Source: Trypethelium eluteriae
Taxonomy: Eukaryota
Direction of reading: 5' to 3'
Assembly (NCBI GenBank): GCA_051942245.1
Contig: JAVECL010000179.1
Coordinates: forward strand, 1-39,167
DNA length: 39,167 bases
The notes below the pieces were generated by a model. That model did no database searches and was not told the DNA's origin. It worked only from the letters and a program-made list of their open reading frames with translations. Shown here piece by piece: positions 12,284-22,265 of this stretch (position 1 is the stretch's first letter; every line of letters begins with the position of its first letter). A program made the translations under genes and the position numbers.

Positions 12284-14010
12284 ATGTATGCGCGGGCCAC
12301 CGCAAAATGCAGCCGTCTATGGTCGACGAGTTCCTTGACACTCGGTCGCTTGCACCATTATAGAGCACGACAAAGCAAGTCTGACCATTCGAGCCGAAAA
12401 TACAGCCGGCGTTTGGATAGGAATCTTGCACCAGAAAATGGGATCACAACTATTCTGGCACATCAACCTGCGCTGACTGTATGCCTCAGAGCTCATCTGG
12501 TATCTCGAGAAACAGGAGCTGACTTGACTGATAATAGAGACCTGAAGATGTTTTGAGAAGACTCGATCCACTCCCAGTTTTCTCTCCAGCACAATGGAGG
12601 CCAGCCTGCGTTTTCTTGGCAACACCCACTTTCGCAAAATGGACTTTGGATGACGACGTATTCCTTCGGCCAGCACTTACTCGTCTGTTTGGAGAGAGTA
12701 ATCAGATCATTAGCCCTCATGGTCCCAAGAGATCAATAGAAGTGCTGGTAGCTGTTGTTGATGCTCTTCGTCTCAATCGACCAGTCACATGGTCTAATAC
12801 TGACAGAACACATCTGCCTTGGAACGGCTCTGAGGGTATTGCGTATATCCTTACCGACCAACGAAGCATACACTTCAACCAGGAGGATGGCGCCCAACGT
12901 AGCTTGTCCGAGAGGAATCTCATGTTCACATTCAACGTCGATCGGGCTTCTACAAACGAGGCCAAAAACAACGCAGAGAATCAGAGCTCTGATCCTTCTT
13001 CTACTGTCATCAAATTTCCACTCGCCAACACCATATTTCAGACGGGTTATCCGGCTACTTTACATCATAGTGAATGGCAGCTCGTAGCTGAGACTCCCGG
13101 ATGGCATCGGAAAGCAGCCACTAAGGACTTGTCCTCTGCTTCACTCACCTGGCCATCCACCGCCCTTGTTCATATGCAAAACGTAGCAAGCAAACTCTCT
13201 ATAGAGCTTGTACCGTTAACAGTCCCCCGGCAAGTTGAGGCTTCCATGGGCAATATTGTGCGTCATCTGAGTGACGGCCGCGCTACAATGCCAGCTTCTC
13301 ACGAGCTCGAGGTATCTATCTCAGAATATTTCAGAGCTCGGGGTATCTCTCCTCACGCGCTATCTGTATGGGCCTTAGTTTTCTCGTCTAACAGTCTTGA
13401 TTTCGATAGCAGCGACTCGGCGCAGGATGCTATTCGAGAGAACTGGTCCCATAAGACTCCAGAAATTTCTGAAGTCATTAACAGTGCCTTAACAAAAGGG
13501 GCGCGATTGCATAAAGTGCTCAGCGGGGGTGGGGGCTGGGGGAAGAAAGTTGGCCTCCTCTCACTAGATCCTGGAGTCGGACAAGCTCCTGCTTCCCAGC
13601 TCAGGGATGACGATTTGATTGATTCCTCAGTGGAGGAGGAAGCATTGACAGAAATCGCTAAACCGGGTGCCTATATCCAATTCTTTGTCCCGCCTCCTGC
13701 ATCACCTCGGGAGTACAAAATTTTACACCAAAAAACTCCGGCAAGAGAAGGATTAGTCGAGAGCGATTTGCAACAATTGTCTATAGGAGTCGTGCCTAGC
13801 ACGATCGACGAACAGACTGCCTCCCAAACCATTTCGCAGGTCAAGACCGCAGAATTTACTACTTCTGTTGGCGGGTGCACGGTTTTGACAGAATCAGCCC
13901 TGGATCTGCGATTTGAGCGTGCAACTGACTTACAAAGGATGATCCACACTACAAAACTGGATGTGCCTTATGCATTAATGACACATCCAGCTTATCCGAC
14001 ACGCAGATGA
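12284..14010 (+). CDS. Conserved fungal hypothetical protein, probably mitochondrial, with FIST-like motifs
   Basis: Exon 1 12284-12478 (MYARATAKCSRLWSTSSLTLGRLHHYRARQS...), intron 12479-12537 (GTATGC...CTGAC...TAG), then a long exon in frame with the 485-aa ORF. Motifs PLANTIFQTG, SMGNIVR and KVLSGGGGWGKKVGLLSLDP. The start codon is uncertain (in-frame ATG also at 12227). Confidence 0.75.
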
Positions 14011-14724
14011 AGCATAGGCATCAAGTCATCACTCTGTGGCATCTCAGGAGCTTCCGAGAAGGTACATTGATTCGGTAGAATCCCTGCAAGAGTCAAATAC
14101 GTACTTGAAATACTAGACTATTTACTCCGTACGCACATTTTACATTACTGAAGTGATCATTCTCAAACGACGGATTATATGCAAATCTATGACCGCTCTA
14201 TCGGGAGGGCTTGCTTGTACTCCACTTAGATTTGGGCACTTCCCGGATCATAATGTTGGCCTTGGGCGAATTATGTTATTACTACGAGATGTTCAGACCA
14301 TGTGCATGGCATACGATGTAGCATGTTGCAAATGGTCTCGCATGTTGTTTCCGTCACAATACGTTGTGGTTAGAGCTTGATCTTGTCTTCTGTAAAGTTC
14401 CTTCTTGTTTTCTTCTCGGCAACTAGGATCGCGCTCGAGTGATTGTTTCTTGGAAAGACCGAAGCAATTGACAGAATCGGATGATCCCCTACATCCATTG
14501 GACCACCTCGTCGTACTCGTCAACTCACTCAAATCTGTCTTCTTAACTCTGTGTTCAACCTGCTTTAGACGTTGGCATTGGCATCTCCCTGCGGAATCCT
14601 GAAGCCGCTGCAGCGTCGAATTCGTTATGGCCAATCCAAGAACTTCTTGGAACTTACGTAGCTCTGTTACGAGAACCTAAGCCAAGAAACCTTGCATTTT
14701 CAGATGGCAAGAGAGGACGTTCCT

Positions 14725-15561
14725 TCAGGAACTTTTCCACCGTCTATCAGCCTCAACCTTGCTTTGCACAGCAGCCTGAAGGCGCTCCTGAAGGCTATTT
14801 CCCTGTTGATCCATAATGATATCTTCAACCGCATCGGTAGGTTTCCCACGACAGATTTCTTCGGCGGTAAGGTAGACCTTATTCCAAATACCTATGTCAA
14901 ACGAGCCTTCACTTTCAGCTAAAAGCAAGTCGCCCTGCGCAGTGAAAGCGAAGACATGGAATGACGCTAAAGTAGCAGCGCTAGTCAGCGACATCGTAGA
15001 GATTAAATCACCTGACGATGTTGCTGCGCAAGCAGTAGCAGTATATGTTGTGGTGAGAGGTATGGAGGCCGATAGCAGCGCCAATAGTGAGGTCTGTAAC
15101 AGGGCTGGAAGGACAGCTAAAAACTGTAGGCAATAGATTTAGTAATTGAGATCAACATGTAAGCTGGACATGGTAGGTCAGTCGTACAGATACAGGGGTG
15201 GGCTTGACGTCTGGAACGCTCAGAACCTGTAGCGTTATTTGGATCAGAGTTCTTGGATAGGTTTCCACCCTTATTATGCGACGCAGCGTTGATTGCAACA
15301 AAGTTTCTAGGTGGCGCTCAGTCGGACCTATGAAGATAATCAGTCTTGTGGACACATTTCAATGTTGCAGTCTGACATACTCCCTACCCCAACAGCTGGG
15401 CGCACATTAATCTCAATTGCTGCTTCTTCAGGTAGCTCATCCCTTCGCATGACTTCGATTGGACCATTGACAGCACCAATCACACAGTAGCCGTCATGTT
15501 CGCATTTCGCAGAGCCGTCTGCACGCTGCAAGGTGGAGAGCGAAGCGTCTTTGACAGTCAT
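14725..15561 (-). CDS. RRP46: Exosome RNase PH-like core subunit
   Basis: MTVKDASLSTLQRADGSA...VIGAVNGPIEV...INVRPAVGVGSPTERHLE...YPRTLIQITLQV...LALLSASIPL. Two GT-AG introns (15380-15328 and about 15186-15125). Confidence 0.88.
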
Positions 15562-15761
15562 CTTGTCTTCCAGGATGGTTCGACGCGTCGCGGCAGGAGG
15601 AAGTTCCGCTATGATATCAGAGTCAAGACGGAGATCTTTTTCTGCCCCGCTCACCGCTATGGTCGGCCTCGGCTGCGATTGGCAAGTTTCCGTCAATTTG
15701 GATCAAATCGGCAGCAATAAAGCGTGAAAGTCCAAGTCAGGAGGCTACTTGGCCGACCGAT

Positions 15762-16356
15762 ATGGCTGGAAGACACGGACCTACCAAAAGACTAATACAG
15801 GAACTGCAAGACTACCAACATGAGCCAAATGAGGCATTGGTAGAACTTGGTCCTGTGAGTGATGATGAGCTGATGCGGTGGACGGCTGTGATGAGAGGTG
15901 GAAAGGACACTTCTTATGAGGGTATATTGCTTCCGGAAGCTATCGAAAGTTAGGCATGCTGATTCTCCATGAGGTGGCCTCTGGAAGCTCGACATCAATA
16001 TTCCTGATAACTACCCTCACGCCCCTCCAGAGATTAAATTTAGAACGCCCATCTGTCATCCTAACGTCAACTTCAAAGTATGTTTCCAATAAGGCCAGAC
16101 TAAGATTTAGTCGGCAAATTGAAGCTGATATGGGGTTTAGACCGGCGAAATTTGCCTGGATCTTTTCAAGAGCTCCTGGACGCCAATGTATACCATGGCA
16201 ACAACGCTTAATTCTGTATACATGCTTCTCACCACACCTGAACCGGACTCTCCCCTGAACGTCGACATAGCGCAATTGTATCGGCAGGGTGATCTGGTTG
16301 GTGCTGATGCGCTGATCCGTTATTATACGGAAACCTATCGATGGGATGGTAGATGA
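15762..16356 (+). CDS. PEX4: Peroxisomal ubiquitin-conjugating enzyme E2
   Basis: Spliced product MAGRHGPTKRLIQEL...YEGGLWKLDINIPDNYP...ICHPNVNFKTGEICLDLFKSSWTP...PEPDSPLNVDIAQLYRQGDLVG. It has the HPN motif, the catalytic Cys and a Pex4-type C-terminus. Introns 15922-15973 and 16078-16140. Confidence 0.82.
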
Positions 16357-16654
16357 TTGTGCAAAAGCCTGATTGGGCAGAGATCAGGCTGTAGCGGGCA
16401 GATTCTCTGTACACATATTACTTTATGACTTATTGGGATTATACGGAACGAGGAAGCAGCCAGGCGTTATTAATATCCAAGGATAACTGGATCTCGAGAT
16501 AGAAAGACCAATGGGGGTTCTGGGAGAATCATGGCCGAGTCTAGATATGTTTAGGATGTCTTCTAAATTTGATGTTTTATATTACAACAGGAATAGCCGC
16601 GTTAGGTGGCTTGTCGATCGCCATTTCCATTTCGCATGACTGCACCTACGAGAT

Positions 16655-17225
16655 CTATGATTCCTCCGCGAACTCGGCACGACCAGGCTTGCTGTTGAGG
16701 TAATGGTTCCTGGACATCTCGTCAATCCAATATCCATTATGTTGTCGCAGCTTGTCATGTCACTCGCCTGTCTACAGCCCAGTCCATGACTGCATATGCA
16801 ATGAGTAGCGGTGGTGCAATGAACAGGACTTGGCCACAGAACCTGCGCCATGTGTTGAAGATTGCGGCATGCCCGGCGCCTGCGAAAGGTCTCTGTCGAT
16901 TTTGGGAGAGACCGTACGAAACCACGCCCTTCTGGGGTTGAGATCCTGTGATGGTGGCTATCAGCACCCATTCTGTACGACGTAGGCGAATCACCAGGCT
17001 TTTCGTCTCTGGACCGGCGAAGAGGTAGGTCAACGGGTTTTAGGAGGCATTGTAAGTGCTGAAGGAGCTGTTCATACCAAGATTACCCCATCCTCCAAGA
17101 TACCTAAGTAAAATTGGATTAGCTCCTATCGGATTCACCGTCTTAGATACACGTAGAGCAAGAAGCACTCACTTCCCAGGTCGATCCTCTCCTCCTCCGG
17201 AGAATCTAGGTAGTGTGTTCCTCAT
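16655..17225 (-). CDS. QCR8: Cytochrome bc1 complex subunit 8
   Basis: Four exons giving MRNTLPRFSGGGEDRPGKYLGGWGNLGSQPQKGVVSYGLSQNRQRPFAGAGHAAIFNTWRRF...DRNHYLNSKPGRAEFAEES*. The last intron (16767-16710) has a GC donor. Confidence 0.92.
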
Positions 17226-17455
17226 GACGGGTCTGATGGCAATAGAGGCAGAGATTCGGTCTGCAATTGAGATTAATTAACGTTTGTCTTTGCAATGAAG
17301 TGTAGGACTTTCGAGATTGTGAGCTTTGCGCGTTACCCAATTAAGTCTAGGCTAGTTTGGTTTACGTCCTCCACCAAGAGCGAGCAGCCCTTTAGCTATC
17401 AGCTTCTCCGTCCCGCCTGAGCACCTATTTCGCCTCCTCGAACTACGTGACAATC

Positions 17456-18403
17456 ATGGCAAACGCTCTCAACACTATCTATAGATGGGCGGTGCCCGGT
17501 GCTATGGCTGTCGCGATCGCGCAAGCTTCCCTTTACGACGTCAAGGGTGGCACTCGGGCAGTCATCTTTGACAGGTTATCTGGAGTCAAAGATCAAGTCT
17601 CCAACGAGGGGACACACTTCTTGATACCATGGTTGCAACGGAGTATCATCTATGATGTACGGACAAAGCCGCGGAACATCTCGACAACTACCGGAAGCAA
17701 AGACCTGCAAATGGTTAGCTTGACATTGAGGGTTCTTCATCGGCCAGAAGTCAAAATGCTGCCCAAAATCTATCAGGTATGGAAATCGCATATCAGTAAA
17801 TTTATCGGCTCGCTCCATTTCTCATTCTTTGAATTTCAACGATGAGATCGGTTTTCTGTGTCCTAATTTAGTCTCTAGAACCTCGGACAAGACTACGACG
17901 AGCGTGTCCTTCCATCGATTGGCAACGAAGTCCTCAAAGCTATCGTAGCGCAATTCGACGCAGCTGAACTCATCACACAGCGTGAAGCCGTCAGCAATAG
18001 AATACGAACAGAGCTCTTGAAGCGTGCTCAGGAGTTCAACATTGCTCTGGAAGATGTCTCCATCACCCACATGACATTTGGAAAAGAGTTCACAAGGGCA
18101 GTTGAGGAGAAGCAAATCGCACAACAGGAGGCGGAAAGGGCAAGATTTATCGTCGAGAAGGCGGAGCAGGAAAGACAAGCAAACGTTATTAGGGCAGAAG
18201 GTGAAGCGGAGGCAGCCGATACAATTAGCAAGGCCGTTGCAAAGTCTGGCGATGGTTTAATCATGATCAGGCGGATTGAGACACAAAAGGACATTGCTCA
18301 GATGCTAGCGAATAACCCGAACGTCTCCTATCTTCCAGGCGGTGGCAATGGAGGCAGCGGCGATAACAAGGGCGGTAATTTCTTGCTAGGCCTTCGGTCA
18401 TAG
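17456..18403 (+). CDS. PHB1: Prohibitin 1
   Basis: [54 protein letters not shown] and [13 protein letters not shown]. Intron 17777-17878. Confidence 0.95.
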
Positions 18404-19035
18404 ATTAAGTGTGCTCGCGCTCCTCCATTTCGGGCACTCTCTTCTCTGGCTACTGTATATTTAGATTATTTGGCACCAGGCATAGCGTCATGACACCTCT
18501 TATGCCCAAGAAGATCGCCTAATGCTTCCTGTTCCTATATCCTTCCCAAACGTGTGAAGTCATCAAACTAACTTCATTAGATGGCATGTCCCCGTACGCA
18601 TAACAGTAAAGCAGACTTTAAGGGGTCGGGCCAGTATCTGCGTGCGATGGGGCCAGAGTGACCCGTGTTATTATCTTCGTCTACCGTGCTCGTGTCTACC
18701 TAAGGTATGGATGGCCAAACGAACACGGGCGTCTGTGCACATACACAACCCGGTCGTTCAGTACGAAGGAACGCAAGAGGGACCAGTGATCAGGCCACAG
18801 CTTACTGTTGGCTTTCACAATTCATATCAGTATCAAAGAAAGAGTGATAGAGGTTTGAATGAATGATTTTGATATTATTCTATTGTTACATCGAAAGTCA
18901 AATTCAAGAGCCCAGTTACTCCTCATCGCTATGCCTGATCATTCTAAACAGCTAACATATCATCATTTCCATGCCTGCAATTTATTCGTTCGCCATATTC
19001 ATCGACACTCCCGTTGCATGTGAAATTTGTGGAGT

Positions 19036-19722
19036 TTACTCAATGTTGATCTTGCGGGGCGTCGGAGCCTTGGCCTTCGGAACAACGATGGTAAGAACAC
19101 CATCTTTCAGGTTAGCCTTGACAGCGTCCTGGTCGACGCGGTTCGGGAAGCTGAAGCTGCGGCTAAACTCGCCAATGGAGCGTTCAGAGACCCAGTAGCG
19201 GGAAGGATCGGCGGTATTCTTGCTGATGTCCTGAGACTGATTCTGAGTCGTTACCGCACCAGAGGTGCTCTGAGTAGTGGACCCTTCAGGCTCATCTTCA
19301 ACAGTGGGCTGATGGGACTCGGCGCCCTCGATGGCCGCCGCTGGCTTGGTTCTCTGTTCATATGAACGCTCGGTTCGCCCGGAGATGGTGAGGGTGCTGG
19401 CATCAGTGAACTCGATGTTGATGTCCTTCTGTGCAATGCCGGGAAGTTCGCCATGAAGTTCGTAGTTATCCTTCAACTCGCGGATGTCGAACTTAGGAGT
19501 GAAAGAGCGCAAGCTGCTGGCCCCACCGACACCGCTGCCCTCGCGAGATGCAGTGTGGCTGGCATAGTCATCGAGCATGCGGAAGAGAGGGGCGAATTCG
19601 CCAGCTGGGAAGCGTGGGAAGAAGGCCATGGTTCTTGATGGATTGATAGTAAGAGTGATTGGTCGCTTGATAATGCGTGAAGCTTTTGGGAGTTGCTGTC
19701 GAGCTGCTCGGAAAGATTGCAT
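19036..19722 (-). CDS. Small heat-shock protein (Hsp20/alpha-crystallin, fungal Hsp30 type); second in-frame ATG at 19629
   Basis: FTPKFDIRE, LHGELPG, YWVSERSIGEFSRSFSFP and ANLKDGVLTIVVPK. Heat-shock elements lie upstream. Confidence 0.93.
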   Translation of the reverse strand: MQSFRAARQQLPKASRIIKRPITLTINPSRTMAFFPRFPAGEFAPLFRMLDDYASHTASREGSGVGGASSLRSFTPKFDIRELKDNYELHGELPGIAQKDINIEFTDASTLTISGRTERSYEQRTKPAAAIEGAESHQPTVEDEPEGSTTQSTSGAVTTQNQSQDISKNTADPSRYWVSERSIGEFSRSFSFPNRVDQDAVKANLKDGVLTIVVPKAKAPTPRKINIE

Positions 19723-19782
19723 TCGGTGTTTGTTGTTGATCTTGATGATGATGAGCTCTCGTCAAGGCGCCTTCAGCATTGC

Positions 19783-19946
19783 TTTTATACTTTTGAGCTC
19801 CATTCTGGAAGATGCTACTGTAGGAGCAGGTGACAGTAGAATTAAAAATGAACAGAGGATTTGGAACATGGTTGCTTCCTCTTGTAGCAACTGGCTGCTT
19901 CCAGAATCTTCCACCAGGTTCCATCGATGGCAAAATGTTTCGAGAA
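19783..19946 (-). promoter_or_regulatory. TATA box and heat-shock elements of the sHSP gene
   Basis: TATAAAA on the minus strand at about 19783-19789. Perfect three-unit HSE TTCcaGAAtcTTC at 19899-19911, and two-unit TTCnnGAA at about 19803-19810 and 19939-19946. Confidence 0.8.
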
Positions 19947-20639
19947 TCATCAGATCAATGCATTACGTTACGAATGCCGGGCGCAGCATAGATGTCCAGT
20001 TGTCTACGTCCTTTCCTGAGAAGAAACTCGATTGCAGCGAAGTCCTTCTTGTCAATACTCGCATTGGAGCGAAATCCATCCCTGATCCCGAGGTTTAGCC
20101 GATTCTGTCTAGTCCCGTACGGAGTGACGTGAGTGGCCCTGCGCCAAGTTACCTTGCAAACTCAATGAAATTACTGCGTACATCCTGAAAGGCCAGCGTC
20201 AGTTACAGCTCAAAGAGGGGCACTCATTATGTTACCTTTGGCTTCTTCCTTGCCACCCTGAGACAGTCACGATATAGTGACAAGACGTCCTTTTGTAGGC
20301 CTGACAGTCTGGCCATACGTTGGATTTGATTCCGCCAATTTTCCAGAGGAAGAAAAACCAATAGAAAAGCCGCGGGAGAGTGAAATCGTCGGGCCAATTT
20401 GCTGGAGCAGTTTAGGGTAACAGAGCATCAGAGGATGAGTTCGATGAGATCAGAGGCAGTCCCGGAGCCGTTCCGCATCCATGGAACTAAGCGATGACGA
20501 TCGTTCAACCATCTGCCGAGGGACAACTCGAAGCCAAACTTCATAACAACTGTATCTCACTCATATCACTGCAATCTAGCTGGATTGTCAAGTCGAAAGC
20601 GCTTGTGATTTTGCGGAGATAAGATAGCTACCGATTGCA

Positions 20640-21794
20640 ATGGCATCCTTCTCTGTACGTTCTGGCTGCTAGGTCTTGTCAAGCATTGTACCACGTCAGA
20701 CTTCGTCGTCCGCTGATCTGCGTGTAGCGCCTTGTGAGATTTCTAGCGAAGGACGGCCAGACGTATTACGGCGATGCAATTCTACCCGCTGGTGTAACCG
20801 ATCTTGCAAAGACATCTCAGGCTAGGGTCATTCGAGGGTCCCCGTGGGGAAGGTATGATGTAACAGATCAGATTGCAGTACGTTTTGCAGAATTCAAATG
20901 TTGCAGAACTTTGCATTGATCAGTAACAGGACGTCCGGCTTCTGTTGTCGCCATTGGCTCGCGAGGACATCAAAACCGTGCGATGCCTAGGCTTAAATTA
21001 CGAACAGCATGCCAACGAGGTGCGATGACTTTATATTACCTCTGTGGATATTTTGCTGGGCTAAATCTGCTCAGTCTGGGATGCCTATTCCCAAATACCC
21101 TGTCCTATTCTACAAACCAGTGACTTCTATCGGTGGTCCCTTCGATGACATTCCTGTCTCTTTAATGGCTCAAGAAGCCGAAGGTCTTGACTTTGAATGC
21201 GAACTCGTTGCAATCATCGGACGAGAAGCCCGCGATGTGCCTGAATCGGAAGGTATTGTTTACACGGCGTTTTGGAGGTTGCATCTGCGCTGCTAACTTT
21301 GCTCAACCAGCCCTGAACTACGTGGCTGGGTACGCCATAGGCAACGACGTCTCTCACCGCGAATGGCAACTAAAGCGCGGTGGCGGCCAATGGGCTCTAG
21401 GGAAAGGCTTCGATGGCTGGGCTCCATTCGGACCTGGGATTGTCAGCTCTAAAATTATCAAGGATCCTCAGAATCTCAAGATCAGTACTAAGGTGAATGG
21501 TAACACAGTCCAAGATTCAACAACGAAGGACATGATTTTTGGCGTTGCAAAGACGATCGCGATCATATCGCAAGGGACGACTTTGTTGCCAGGAGACCTG
21601 ATCTTTACGGGAACGTGAGTAAAGCTCCGATAACTCCTTAAACTATCCTAATCGAATCCAGACCCCAAGGCGTTGGCAGTGGAAGGAAACCCCCGCTGTG
21701 GCTCAAAGACGGCGACATCGTGGACGTCAGTCTCGAGGGCGTCGGGACCTGCACTAACAAGATCGAGTTCGCCAAGAGTAGATCGAAACTGTAA
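20640..21794 (+). CDS. Fumarylacetoacetate-hydrolase-family protein (FAHD-like) ending in PTS1 SKL
   Basis: Six exons (introns 20655-20727, 20878-20929, 21020-21074, 21253-21310, 21615-21661). Motifs CLGLNYEQHA, LDFECEL, GNDVSHRE, GKGFDGWAPFGP and GDLIFTGTPQGVG. Ends AKSRSKL*. Confidence 0.9.
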
Positions 21795-22265
21795 ATAGGA
21801 TCGCAAAACGCAAATAACTGTAGTAAATAGTTCCTTTCCAGCACTGAGTACCACCGAAGATATTGGATCTTAAGTTTTTACCCAAAAGCCAGCTGCGAGT
21901 TTGGTGACAGAAGAAAAGCCATTCATTTCTCATTCTATTTCTCTCAAAATTTTCAACCATCTGCACTTTTAGTGTACATTGCTCTTCACCGGTTCCTCCA
22001 GTCTCGCTCGGTCGCTGTTTTCCTGAAGAGGTTTGGTCCTGACCAGGATTTGTATTTCGGCGGGGCTGACGCAGCATCCCGAACTCCGACCCGTAAGATT
22101 GCATTGCTCACAACTCAGCTAGCAACCTACAAGTTGTTTGACGGGCGACTGTCATTGGATTCTTTGGAGACTGAGCGCGGGCGACAAAGTTCTCAATGAG
22201 GGTTTGATGTTTGTGGGTTATTTGGTATTCAGGTGATACGGCCGAGTGTCGTCTGTGCTCTGGAA

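Noticed and set aside
14293..14634. 113-aa minus-strand ORF between two convergent genes
   Set aside because: TTG start, no motifs, and probably lies within 3' UTRs.
16946..17077. Intronic snoRNA or stwintron in the long QCR8 intron
   Set aside because: No canonical RUGAUGA C box, and removing the internal intron does not rebuild a GT donor.
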